IMG/VR virus record: IMGVR_UViG_3300035042_000056
Coordinates: 1 to 36,675 of that record
DNA length: 36,675 bases
DNA from: a virus
Reading direction: 5' to 3' (one strand)
Shown: piece after piece, positions 7,273-16,115 of the stretch
Layout: every line of letters begins with the position of its first letter
Numbering within the stretch: position 1 is the stretch's first letter
The notes under the pieces: model-generated
What the model saw: only the letters and a program-made list of their open reading frames with translations
Told to the model about the DNA's origin: nothing
Database searches by the model: none
Translations under genes and position numbers: made by a program

Positions 7273-7559
7273 AAGTTGAAGATTTGTGGTATAGCAAAAT
7301 AGGAAAGTTAGAAATAGATGTCGATTCTCTTAGAGATTTAGATTTAAAAGCTGCCAAAAAATTAAATAAAAAAATTATAGTTTTAAATGCAGAACATAAT
7401 TTTATAAGCAATAAAATAATTTATACTGCAATATCTAATGAATTTGACAAAATAGAAAAAGGAGAAATTCACCCGATTTATCATGTTGAAGTAACCAAAT
7501 TTGAAATTGAAAAAGATAATTTTGATTATGAAATAAAATTTGTTAGAGAAAGCGAGTGA
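7263..7559 (+). CDS. Hypothetical protein (TTG start at 7263 or 7269)
   Basis: No ATG start; AGGGGTGA RBS adjacent; long open frame. Confidence 0.45.
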   Translation: MRLKVEDLWYSKIGKLEIDVDSLRDLDLKAAKKLNKKIIVLNAEHNFISNKIIYTAISNEFDKIEKGEIHPIYHVEVTKFEIEKDNFDYEIKFVRESE

Positions 7560-7563
7560 TTAG

Positions 7564-8001
7564 ATGCAAGACTACTATTCGAGAGTGGTCAAAGAGTTAC
7601 TTAACTACAAAGAATATAAACAGAGATGCGCTGTAATCAGAATAGAATTAGATGAATTAATCGAGTCAAATCGAGGGGTAAGTTATGAAGGAGTGAACGT
7701 TAAAGGCAGCAATGATTTTAGATCAGCTACAGAAAATGCAGTTATTAATCGGGATGAAAGCGAGCTCAAAGAAGAATTAAAAAGTAAAGAATGTATGATA
7801 GCCAAAATTGAAGAAGCTCTTGAAGGTTTATATACAATGGAAAGATTTGTAGTGGAAAAAAAATATATGAATGGGACTATTGAGAAAGATGTGAACATAT
7901 ATACTCACCCAAAATTTGAGTGGGGAAGAAACAAATATTATGATTTTAAAGACCAGGCAATAGAAAAAATAGCAAGAATTCTCGGATATGCAAAAAAATA
8001 A
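7564..8001 (+). CDS. ArpU/RinA-like late-gene transcriptional activator (sigma-region-4-like)
   Basis: About 145 aa and the last early gene before the packaging module. The pattern MQDYYSRVVKELLNYKEYK...VVEKKYMNG...AIEKIARILG resembles the ArpU family. The call rests on position and pattern only. Confidence 0.5.
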   Translation: MQDYYSRVVKELLNYKEYKQRCAVIRIELDELIESNRGVSYEGVNVKGSNDFRSATENAVINRDESELKEELKSKECMIAKIEEALEGLYTMERFVVEKKYMNGTIEKDVNIYTHPKFEWGRNKYYDFKDQAIEKIARILGYAKK

Positions 8002-8005
8002 ACAG

Positions 8006-8025
8006 TTAGTAAACGATTAGTAAAC
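8006..8025 (+). repeat. Two direct TTAGTAAAC repeats, 11 bp apart centre to centre
   Basis: 8006-8014 and 8017-8025 are identical. They lie just after the stop of the ArpU-like gene and just before the perfect 14-bp palindrome TTTAAAGCTTTAAA (8027-8040). Confidence 0.85.
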
Positions 8026-8259
8026 ATTTAAAGCTTTAAAAGATGATATATTAATATCATGGAAAGTATAAGATTTTTTCAATAACTTTCCTCCTTTATT
8101 GTTTTACCCGGCTTGCCACCAGACGAGCTGGGTTTTTCTATGCCACAAACTAATAATTACAGAAATCGTTGTGGGCGTCTGTTGTTACCTCCATATTATA
8201 ATATACTGCTGCCGGCCAGCCCAGCCGGTTTATATTACATATTTGCCAGAGGTGATTTG

Positions 8260-8454
8260 ATGCCGGCTATTATTAGAGGCGATAAAACATGCAGCAAGTG
8301 CGAAAGTAAATATTTCTCTAAGAACGCTACTAAAGATATGAATAAGCATAATCTTTGCTTTGATTGCATACTTGCCTATCATAGATATATTTTTGCTGAT
8401 GATAATGACATAATTAGCCTGGAGGAATGGAAAGATGGCAAAGGAATGGGCTAA
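8260..8454 (+). CDS. Zinc-ribbon miniprotein (64 aa)
   Basis: AGAGGTGA RBS, then ATG at 8260; CSKC...CFDC. The track's upstream 49 codons cover a structured non-coding leader. Confidence 0.5.
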   Translation: MPAIIRGDKTCSKCESKYFSKNATKDMNKHNLCFDCILAYHRYIFADDNDIISLEEWKDGKGMG

Positions 8455-8749
8455 AAGTTTTTATAAGAGTAAAGAATGGCAGGAGTGTAGAGAGGCTTAT
8501 ATCGCAGAAGTGAATGGACTGTGCGAGAGATGCCTGGAGAATGACAAGGTTAATCCTGGGAAGATAGTTCATCACATTGAATACTTAACTCCTGACAACA
8601 TTAATGATCCAGAGATTACTCTTAACTTTGATAACTTAGAATACCTGTGCTTAGACTGCCATAACGAGGAACATGGAGTAGGAGCGAGTGCAGAGGTAGT
8701 TAGACAAGGGTTGAAGTTTAATGAGCATGGAGAGCTGGTTGAAAGGTAG
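8435..8749 (+). CDS. HNH endonuclease (terminase-associated type)
   Basis: IVHHIEYLTPDNINDPEITLNFDNLEYLCLDCHNEEH. Located immediately upstream of terS/terL, as in HK97-like cos phages. Confidence 0.8.
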   Translation: MAKEWAKSFYKSKEWQECREAYIAEVNGLCERCLENDKVNPGKIVHHIEYLTPDNINDPEITLNFDNLEYLCLDCHNEEHGVGASAEVVRQGLKFNEHGELVER

Positions 8750-8844
8750 CCCCCCCTGTTTTTATCGGGGTGGTGGCTGCCAGGGGACCGAGAGGGGATA
8801 CACAATTAATACATATCAAGCTCACGAGGGGGGTGTGGTATAAA
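8750..8844. other. Candidate cos / packaging-recognition region
   Basis: A 95-bp non-coding GC-rich island in an AT-rich genome between the HNH gene and terS. It has a C7 run (8750-8756), GGGG runs, and a G6 run (8828-8833). Confidence 0.4.
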
Positions 8845-9234
8845 ATGTCAAATACAGCAGCTAAAAATAACGAGTTTTTAGAAAAAGATAGGCGAGTTAA
8901 AGAAGAAAAAGAAAGATTAAGAGCAATTTTAGAAGATTTAGATATAGATAGCCAGAGAATGGATATAGCAAAGTCATTAATTGCAAATGCAGCATTTATG
9001 GCCATAACTCTCCAGGACTTGCAGGATGAAATCAATGCTAATGGAGTTGTATCAAAGTATCAGAATGGAGAAAACCAATGGGGTACTAAACAATCTCCAG
9101 AAGCAAGCACCTATATTTCATTAGTTAATAGACATAATGCTGTTATGAAGCAATTGCTTGACTTGTTGCCAAAAGAAGAAGTTACTAATCCCGAAAATAT
9201 TATAGAAAAGTTTGAAGCATCGAGGCCTGATTAA
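8845..9234 (+). CDS. terS: Terminase small subunit (P27-family-like)
   Basis: The ATG at 8845 follows GAGGGGGG. NGVVSKYQNGENQWGTKQSPEASTYISLVNRHNAVMKQL is P27-like. Directly precedes terL. Confidence 0.7.
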   Translation: MSNTAAKNNEFLEKDRRVKEEKERLRAILEDLDIDSQRMDIAKSLIANAAFMAITLQDLQDEINANGVVSKYQNGENQWGTKQSPEASTYISLVNRHNAVMKQLLDLLPKEEVTNPENIIEKFEASRPD

Positions 9235-9236
9235 AG

Positions 9237-11066
9237 ATGATAGTTAGATGCTCAGGAACTAAAAACGATGGCAGCAGATGCAGCAGAGAAAAAGAATTTA
9301 ATGATAATCCACCAAATGAGTGGAGATGTTGGCAGCACCCTAAAAAAACAAAAGAAAAAACTAAGAAAAACAACAGTAATTATATAAGATATCCTTTGAG
9401 TTATAATCCAATCATTGAATATAATAATAAAATTCAATCTGGCGAAATAATAGCCTGCAAAAAAGTTAAAAAAGTTTATAAAAAACTTGTAGCTGATGTT
9501 CATGACGATCAAAGCCAGTGGGAGTATAGTGCCGGCCACGCTAATCATGCAATTGAGTTTATAGAAAATTTTTGCAAACAATCAAAAGGTAAATGGGGAG
9601 GCCAGGCGCTTAAATTAGAACTCTGGCAGAAGGCTTTTATAGCAGCTATTTTTGGGTTTATTCATAAAACTAACAGAACAAGAAAATATAGAGAAGTATT
9701 ATTAGTCGTTGCCAGAAAGAATGGAAAATCAACTCTTTCATCGGCGATTTCTTTATATCTTCAAGTTGCCGATAATGAACCAGGGGCCGAAATATATGCG
9801 GTTGCTACAAAAGAAAAACAGGCCAAAATAGTATGGTCAGAAGCTAAGAAAATGGTTAAAAAATCACCATTCTTACTGAAAAGCATTAAACCTTTGGTTA
9901 AAGAATTAAAGGGCCGACATAATGATTCAACTTTTGTGCCTCTCGGGTCTGACAGCGATAGATTAGACGGGCTCAATGTGCATGGAGCCTCTCTTGATGA
10001 GATACACGCATGGAAAGACAAGAACCTTTACGATGTTATCAAAGACGGTACATCAGCAAGAGAACAACCTTTAATATTTATGATCACAACTGCTGGGACT
10101 GTTAGAGAGCAAGTTTACGACCTAAAGTATGATGAAGCAGAAATGATTATTAATGGATTTGATGATCCAGAAGGTTATAAAGACGAAAGATTTTTACCAA
10201 TTATTTATGAGTTAGACAAAAGGTCCGAATGGACTGACAGAAAAAACTGGAGAAAAGCTAATCCAGGGCTTGGTACTATTAAGAAAAGAGATAATTTAGA
10301 AACCAAAGTTCATAAAGCGCAAAATAATCCATTGCTGGTTAAGAATCTATTGACTAAAGACTTTAATATCAGAGAAACATCATCTGAAGCATGGTTGAAC
10401 TTTGAAGAATTAAATAATACAGCCACTTTTGATGTTGAGGAGTTAAAGCCGCGTTATGGGATAGGCGGAACTGATCTTTCTGAAACGACTGATTTAACTG
10501 CAGCGAGCGTTCTTTTCATGCTCCCTGGCGACAGCCAAATATATGCTTTGTCAATGTATTGGCTACCTGAAGACTTGTTAGAACAAAGATCGCGCGAAGA
10601 TAAAATTCCATATAACGCTTGGTACAAACAAGGCTTATTAAGAACAACACCAGGTAATAAAATACATCCTAAATTTGTCACACAATGGTTTTTAGAAGTT
10701 CAAAATAAATTAGATATATATATACCTTGGGTTGGTTATGATGCATGGTCAGCTCGGTACTGGGTTGAAGAAATGGAGGGATATTTCGGGAAAGAAGCCA
10801 TGATTAAAGTTCATCAAGGCAAAAAAACTTTGTCAGGACCAATGAAGCAATTAGGAGCCGACCTAAAAGCTAACAAAATAAATTATAACAATCATCCAAC
10901 AACTAAATGGTGCTTAAGTAATACTTCAGTAGATATTGATAAAAATCTTAATATTCAGCCGGCTAAACAGCGAAATCAAAGAAAAAGAATAGATGGTACA
11001 GCTGCTATGCTTGACGCTTATGTAATTTTACAAGAAAAAATGCAAGATTATAAGAATATGATTTAG
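9237..11066 (+). CDS. terL: Terminase large subunit (Terminase_1 type) with an N-terminal extension of about 55 aa
   Basis: Walker A-like VVARKNGKST, a DEIH box and a C-terminal nuclease region; 609 aa. Confidence 0.9.
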   Translation: MIVRCSGTKNDGSRCSREKEFNDNPPNEWRCWQHPKKTKEKTKKNNSNYIRYPLSYNPIIEYNNKIQSGEIIACKKVKKVYKKLVADVHDDQSQWEYSAGHANHAIEFIENFCKQSKGKWGGQALKLELWQKAFIAAIFGFIHKTNRTRKYREVLLVVARKNGKSTLSSAISLYLQVADNEPGAEIYAVATKEKQAKIVWSEAKKMVKKSPFLLKSIKPLVKELKGRHNDSTFVPLGSDSDRLDGLNVHGASLDEIHAWKDKNLYDVIKDGTSAREQPLIFMITTAGTVREQVYDLKYDEAEMIINGFDDPEGYKDERFLPIIYELDKRSEWTDRKNWRKANPGLGTIKKRDNLETKVHKAQNNPLLVKNLLTKDFNIRETSSEAWLNFEELNNTATFDVEELKPRYGIGGTDLSETTDLTAASVLFMLPGDSQIYALSMYWLPEDLLEQRSREDKIPYNAWYKQGLLRTTPGNKIHPKFVTQWFLEVQNKLDIYIPWVGYDAWSARYWVEEMEGYFGKEAMIKVHQGKKTLSGPMKQLGADLKANKINYNNHPTTKWCLSNTSVDIDKNLNIQPAKQRNQRKRIDGTAAMLDAYVILQEKMQDYKNMI

Positions 11067-11077
11067 GAGGTGATTAT

Positions 11078-12265
11078 TTGGGATTATTCAGCAAAATATT
11101 TGGAAACGGGAATGCAAACAAAGCTACGCAAACTTTTAAACTAATAAGTTCATCAAACAATTATTTTTCTCCATGGTCTGGAGATGTTTGGCAAAACGAT
11201 ATTGTTAGAGCTTGCATAAGGCCTAAATCTGATGCGATAGGGAAACTCAACCCTAAACATATTGAAGGCTCAGAGGAAAACATCAAAGTAAATGATAGGC
11301 CACAAATTAGAGAAGTTTTAGAAAATCCAAATCCGTATATGAGCATGCAAGATTTTCTTTCTAAAATGGTCATCCAAAGAGAGCTTAACCACAATGCTTT
11401 TGCTTATATTGATAGAAATGAAACTAAAATTAATGCAATTTACCCTATTCCAGTAAGCAGATCAGAATTAGTAGAAAGCAAATCTAATGAATTGTATATG
11501 AAACTTTGGTTTAGAACCGGCAAATATGTAGTGGTTCCTTATGAAGATGTTATTCATCTTAGAAAAGATTTCAATGAGCATGATATTTTTGGAGACGGCC
11601 ATTATCAAGCTCTTCAAAATTTAATGGAAGTAATAACAAATACAGATAATTCAGTAATAAACGCAATTAAAAATGGAGCAATTATTAGGTGGCTACTTAA
11701 ATTTAAAAGCGCCATCAGGCCAGAAGATAAGCAAGTTGAATTAGAAAAATTTGTCGATAATTATTTATCTATTGAAAACGAAATAGGGGCTGCCGCGACA
11801 GATCCAAAATTTGATGCTGAACAAGTTGAGCCAAATGATTATGTTCCTAATGCAGCGCAAATGGATCGCTCAATCAAAAGGCTCTATGCTTATTTTGGGG
11901 TAAATGAAAGCATTGTAATGAATAATTATGATGAAGACGAATGGAATTCTTTTTATGAGTCAGAAATTGAGCCAATTGCAATTCAGCTCTCAAATGCTTT
12001 TACAAATGTTTTTTTCACCAAAAGAGAGCGAGGTTATGGAAATAGAATAATTTTTGAAGCTTCTAATTTGCAATATGCTTCAATGAAAACAAAACTCAAC
12101 CTGCTAAATATGGTTGATAGAGGAGCGCTAACTCCAAATGAATGGCGCAAAGTAATGAACTTAGGACCAATTAAAGGCGGGGATGAGCCAGTTAGAAGAT
12201 TAGATACAGCACCAGTAGAAGGGGGTGAATTTGTAGATGACGACACCGAAGAAGATGAAGAATGA
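11078..12265 (+). CDS. Portal protein (HK97 family)
   Basis: TTG start after AGGAGGTG. Size and position fit; the acidic C-terminus DDDTEEDEE is typical. Confidence 0.85.
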   Translation: MGLFSKIFGNGNANKATQTFKLISSSNNYFSPWSGDVWQNDIVRACIRPKSDAIGKLNPKHIEGSEENIKVNDRPQIREVLENPNPYMSMQDFLSKMVIQRELNHNAFAYIDRNETKINAIYPIPVSRSELVESKSNELYMKLWFRTGKYVVVPYEDVIHLRKDFNEHDIFGDGHYQALQNLMEVITNTDNSVINAIKNGAIIRWLLKFKSAIRPEDKQVELEKFVDNYLSIENEIGAAATDPKFDAEQVEPNDYVPNAAQMDRSIKRLYAYFGVNESIVMNNYDEDEWNSFYESEIEPIAIQLSNAFTNVFFTKRERGYGNRIIFEASNLQYASMKTKLNLLNMVDRGALTPNEWRKVMNLGPIKGGDEPVRRLDTAPVEGGEFVDDDTEEDEE

Positions 12266-12839
12266 AAAAGAAACTAGAAACCGTTCTACTGATATCGAAC
12301 TTAGAGAAATAAATGAAGAAAACAACCGAACTATTGGTGGTTACGCCCTTAAATATAATCAGCGTTCAGAAATATTAACTGATTATTGGGGTGATGAATT
12401 TGTAGAAGAGTTTGCTCAAGGGGCTTTTGATAAAAGTTTACAGGACAGAAGCCAAAAAGCTTTATGGAATCATAAATCCGAGTTTCCTTTAGGAAGTGTC
12501 AAAAGCGGGACTTTAAGATTTAACTCTGACTCTACTGGTTTAAATTATGACATTGATTTACCTAATAACTCCTGGGGCGATGACGCTTTAGAAAGTATTA
12601 AAAGGGGTGATGTTGACGGCAGCTCATTCGCATTTACAGTCATTGATGATAAATGGTCAGAAATAGAGATTGAAGGCAGAACTATTCTTAAAAGAACTGT
12701 TTTAGAAGCTGAAATACATGAAGTTAGTCCATGCACTTTCCCCGCTTATTCAAGTAGTGAAATCAAAATGAGAAGTCTTAAAGGTTATAAAAATGAAAAA
12801 GAAAAGCGAAAAAGATTAATTCTTTTAACAAAAATTTAA
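12237..12839 (+). CDS. Prohead maturation protease (HK97 family)
   Basis: IGGYALKYNQRSEIL...FVEEFAQGAFDKSL...LWNHKSEFPLGS pattern; lies between portal and capsid. Confidence 0.8.
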   Translation: MTTPKKMKNEKETRNRSTDIELREINEENNRTIGGYALKYNQRSEILTDYWGDEFVEEFAQGAFDKSLQDRSQKALWNHKSEFPLGSVKSGTLRFNSDSTGLNYDIDLPNNSWGDDALESIKRGDVDGSSFAFTVIDDKWSEIEIEGRTILKRTVLEAEIHEVSPCTFPAYSSSEIKMRSLKGYKNEKEKRKRLILLTKI

Positions 12840-12854
12840 GGAGATGATTAAATA

Positions 12855-13997
12855 ATGAATAGATTAAAAGAAATTGAAAAAAGACTGAAAGAGATTAGAA
12901 GCAAGCTAAATGATAAAGAAGCGGACATTGATATTGAAGCTTTAGAAAATGAAATCAGGGAACTTCAAGATGAAAAAGCAGAATTAAGAGAAATGGAAAA
13001 GCGTCAAAAAATTGCTGAAAGTATTAAGGCTGGAGAAACAGAAGTAAGAAGCGTTGAATCAGCTCAGGAAGAAAAACCAAAAGTTGATGAAGCAGAAAAA
13101 AGAGGTAAAGACTTAAAAGAGAAAAGATCTGTTACAATAGGATCTTCTAATGTCTTACTAGAAAAACACCAATCAGACGCCATTAATCCAACCTTTAACG
13201 AAGTATCTAGCTTAATTGACAGAGTTGCAGTTAAAAATTTACCTGGTGGAGAAAGCTACTCAGAATCATATGTCAAAAATTATGGCGAAGGTGGATATAC
13301 TGACGAAAGTGGAGCTCCTACCACAGCTGAAACTGAGTTTGGCTATGCTGATATAAATAAGACAAAAATTACAGCTTATGCTGAAGATACAGAAGAAATA
13401 CTTAAACTTCCTGCTGCCGATTATGACGAAGAAGTAATGAAAGGTATAACAAAAGCTATCAGAAAGAAAATCACTAAAGAAATTCTTATTGGCGATGGAA
13501 CAACAGGTCACTTTGTCGGGATTTTTGATGATGGAGCAACTGCTATTGATGCAACTACTGACAAGTCAATTGCCTCTATTGATGAAAATACTCTTGATGA
13601 AATCATTTATAGCTATGGTGGGGATGAAGATGTTGAAGATGCCGCTGTATTAATACTTAACAAAAAAGACTTAAAAGAATTTGCTACATTAAGACATACC
13701 GATGGAACAAAAGTGTATGATGTAAAAAATAACGGCAACACAGGGACTATTGACAGCGTTCCTTATATCATTAACTCTGCTTGTAATGCTATCTCCGATG
13801 ATGCAGTAACAGCAGGCGAATATTCCATGGCTTATGGAGTCTTGTCTCATTATAAAATGACAGTATTCTCTGACGTTGATGTTAAAAGATCTAGCGATTA
13901 TAAATTTAAGGAAGGTATGTTAGCTCATAGAGGAGTTGTATTCTCTGGAGGTAATGTCGTTTCTAAAAATGGATTCTTAAGAGTCAAAAAAGGATAA
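12855..13997 (+). CDS. Major capsid protein (HK97 fold) with an N-terminal coiled-coil delta domain
   Basis: 380 aa. The charged helical N-terminal ~100 aa is followed by a capsid-like body. Synteny is protease then capsid. Confidence 0.85.
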   Translation: MNRLKEIEKRLKEIRSKLNDKEADIDIEALENEIRELQDEKAELREMEKRQKIAESIKAGETEVRSVESAQEEKPKVDEAEKRGKDLKEKRSVTIGSSNVLLEKHQSDAINPTFNEVSSLIDRVAVKNLPGGESYSESYVKNYGEGGYTDESGAPTTAETEFGYADINKTKITAYAEDTEEILKLPAADYDEEVMKGITKAIRKKITKEILIGDGTTGHFVGIFDDGATAIDATTDKSIASIDENTLDEIIYSYGGDEDVEDAAVLILNKKDLKEFATLRHTDGTKVYDVKNNGNTGTIDSVPYIINSACNAISDDAVTAGEYSMAYGVLSHYKMTVFSDVDVKRSSDYKFKEGMLAHRGVVFSGGNVVSKNGFLRVKKG

Positions 13998-14006
13998 ATA
14001 ATTATT

Positions 14007-14033
14007 AGGGCTGGCTTATGCTAGCCCTTTTCT
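14007..14033 (+). terminator. Rho-independent terminator/attenuator after the capsid gene
   Basis: AGGGCTGGC / GCTAGCCCT form a 9-bp stem (one G-U pair) with loop TTAT, followed by TTTCT. Confidence 0.6.
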
Positions 14034-14051
14034 ATAAGGAGGTATAAATAA

Positions 14052-14639
14052 ATGAGTTATGTAGCATTGAATCATAAACTTGACAGAAAAGTAAAAAATG
14101 ATGCTGGCACAAGTGAAAAACTAAGAGCTATTGCAGAATTAGATATTGGCGCAGTTGAAGCTCAAGATATTGCTGGAGTTTTAGGCTCTACATCCTTAAC
14201 TTCTCAAACTCAGACTATTACATCTGGGATTACTGATCCTAATGTTCCTAGAAACTTAAAAATTAAAGCTAATGCAGCAAGTGTGGCTGGGGATATTGTA
14301 ATTAACGGAACTGACATTGATGATAATGCAATCAGCGAAACAATTGCTCTTAATGGCGATACAGAAGTGCAAGGCAATAAAGCTTTCAAAACTGTCATAA
14401 GTATTGAGTTGCCGGTTGAAACAAATGCTGGAACTGATGAGGTCCAGGTGGGAGTAGCCAACAAATTAGGATTACCTTATAAGCTTGAAAGAAACACCGT
14501 ATTAAAAGCTTATAGAGATAATGTTTTAGAAGCTACCGCTCCAACTGTTGCTGTCGATTCTGCCAACATTGAAAACAATACAGTGCTATTAGATAGCGCA
14601 ATGAACGGCACTGATGTAAATGTGTATCTAATAGTATAG
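14052..14639 (+). CDS. Hypothetical structural protein (195 aa), possibly head decoration
   Basis: AAGGAGG RBS; lies between the capsid and connector genes. No recognised motif. Confidence 0.45.
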   Translation: MSYVALNHKLDRKVKNDAGTSEKLRAIAELDIGAVEAQDIAGVLGSTSLTSQTQTITSGITDPNVPRNLKIKANAASVAGDIVINGTDIDDNAISETIALNGDTEVQGNKAFKTVISIELPVETNAGTDEVQVGVANKLGLPYKLERNTVLKAYRDNVLEATAPTVAVDSANIENNTVLLDSAMNGTDVNVYLIV

Positions 14640-14650
14640 GGGGCGATTAA

Positions 14651-15100
14651 ATGGCTCTCTTGGATGATGTAAAGACTTCATTAAGAATTACAGCCAATGA
14701 TTATGATGCAGAAATAACCGGAGTAATCGAAGCAGCCAAAAGCGATTTAGACACTAAAGGTTTATTAAAAATAGAAGAGACAGATGATTTAACTGTTTAT
14801 GCAATTACTTTATACTGCAAAGGAAACTTTGGCTATGACAACCCAGAAGCTGAAAGATTTTTAGAAGTTTATGAGTCAATTGCAAATAAATTATCTCAAC
14901 TCAGAGAATATAACAGTTACAAAATTACTATCAATGCTTCTGAACAATGTACTGTTGTTTTTGATGGAGAAGAAAAAGAAACTGCCAGCTCTGGGACAGT
15001 TATTTTTTATAGCAGGCCAAAAAATCAAGTAGAATATAAAATTGCTGATGGCGAAGCTCAATATATTGATATCACTGGCGACATAACGATAAGTGGGTGA
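14651..15100 (+). CDS. Head-tail connector (gp6-like) protein
   Basis: The N-terminal LDDVKTSLRITANDYDAEITGVIEAAKSDL is typical of gp6-like connectors. Confidence 0.6.
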   Translation: MALLDDVKTSLRITANDYDAEITGVIEAAKSDLDTKGLLKIEETDDLTVYAITLYCKGNFGYDNPEAERFLEVYESIANKLSQLREYNSYKITINASEQCTVVFDGEEKETASSGTVIFYSRPKNQVEYKIADGEAQYIDITGDITISG

Positions 15101-15104
15101 TTGA

Positions 15105-15407
15105 ATGAGATATAACAAAATTATTCATCTTATTTCAACTACAATTACTCAAGACGAGTGGGGAAATGAGATTGAAACTCGAACCGAAAGAAAAGTCTTT
15201 GCAAATGAAAATTCTATTGGATCATCTGAATATTATAATGCAGCTAGCCAGGGATTAAGACCAGAAGTTAAATTTGAAATTCGCTCAGTTGAATATGATG
15301 GCGAGAAAGAAATTAAATTTGATGGAACAATTTATAATATTATCCGCAGCCAAAAGATGGGCGCAAGAACTATTCTCACTTGCGAGAGGGTGAATGGCGA
15401 TGTCTAA
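15105..15407 (+). CDS. Head closure / head-tail adaptor protein
   Basis: About 100 aa. The pattern ITQDEWGNEIETRTERKVFANENSIGSSEYYNAASQG...YNI fits head-closure proteins. Confidence 0.65.
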   Translation: MRYNKIIHLISTTITQDEWGNEIETRTERKVFANENSIGSSEYYNAASQGLRPEVKFEIRSVEYDGEKEIKFDGTIYNIIRSQKMGARTILTCERVNGDV

Positions 15408-15786
15408 AACAGTTAGCATTGACCAGCTCGCAGATGAAATAGTTAACTCAGTCCAGGATTATACTGAACCTGTTAAAGATGCAATTGAAAAAGAAACTCG
15501 TTCAACTGCTCGTAAAATGAAAAGAGAAATTAAAAGTAATTCTCCTAAAGAAACGGGTGAATATGCTAACGGCTGGAGCTATTCTACAAGCAAAAAGTAC
15601 GGGAAAATTGTTATTACAGTATATAACAAAGATAAACCGCAGCTAACTCATTTACTTGAGAATGGACATGCAATTGATGGTGGAACTGGTAGAGTCGAAG
15701 GAATACCGCATATCGGACCGGCTGAGAAGAAATATATTGCTGAGTACCAAAGAAATATTAACAAAATACTAGAGAATGGAGGTTGA
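15394..15786 (+). CDS. HK97 gp10-family tail-component protein
   Basis: KREIKSNSPKETGEYANGW...HLLENGH pattern and gene order. Confidence 0.6.
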   Translation: MAMSKTVSIDQLADEIVNSVQDYTEPVKDAIEKETRSTARKMKREIKSNSPKETGEYANGWSYSTSKKYGKIVITVYNKDKPQLTHLLENGHAIDGGTGRVEGIPHIGPAEKKYIAEYQRNINKILENGG

Positions 15787-15790
15787 TTGA

Positions 15791-16102
15791 ATGATTTATC
15801 AAGAATTACTGGCTGAACTCAAAACTTTATACCCAACAGCTTATCGAAAGTTTAAAGAACCTCAATCTCCTCCATTTATTCTAATTGTTTATCGGTATAA
15901 CAATGATTTTATGGCGGATAATATTAATTATGTTGGAGTTGAATATTTTAATGTTGAACTATATACAAAAAAGTGGAATCCGCCAGTTGAAAAAGAAATC
16001 GAAAATTTATTTAAAAGTTTAGGGATTGCTTATCAGAAATCACAAGAATTTTTAGACGATGAAGATTTGTATCAGACAGTTTATGAAATATCAATAATAT
16101 AA
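15791..16102 (+). CDS. Tail completion / tail terminator protein (by position)
   Basis: 103 aa, immediately upstream of the major tail protein. Confidence 0.4.
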   Translation: MIYQELLAELKTLYPTAYRKFKEPQSPPFILIVYRYNNDFMADNINYVGVEYFNVELYTKKWNPPVEKEIENLFKSLGIAYQKSQEFLDDEDLYQTVYEISII

Positions 16103-16115
16103 AGGAGTGAAATTT

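Noticed and set aside
8025-8100. Perfect AAGGAGG on the minus strand (complement of 8089-8095), followed by a TTG-initiated 20-codon ORF
   Set aside because: The ORF is very short, uses a non-ATG start and would be the only minus-strand gene in 30 kb of plus-strand operons. The element is more likely part of the leader structure (an anti-SD-like sequence). It is kept only as a note in the 8002-8259 finding.
8100-8240. Possible tRNA or tmRNA-like gene in the GC-richer leader before the packaging genes
   Set aside because: No cloverleaf could be drawn. There is no GTTCRANYC T-loop with matching stems and no acceptor-stem pairing.
8113-8259. N-terminal 49 codons of track ORF 8113-8454, and similarly 4196-4306 of ORF 4196-4567 and 8770-8844 of ORF 8770-9234
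   Set aside because: They start at non-ATG codons without an RBS and cover structured or GC-rich non-coding DNA. Strong RBS+ATG combinations exist downstream at 8260, 4307 and 8845.
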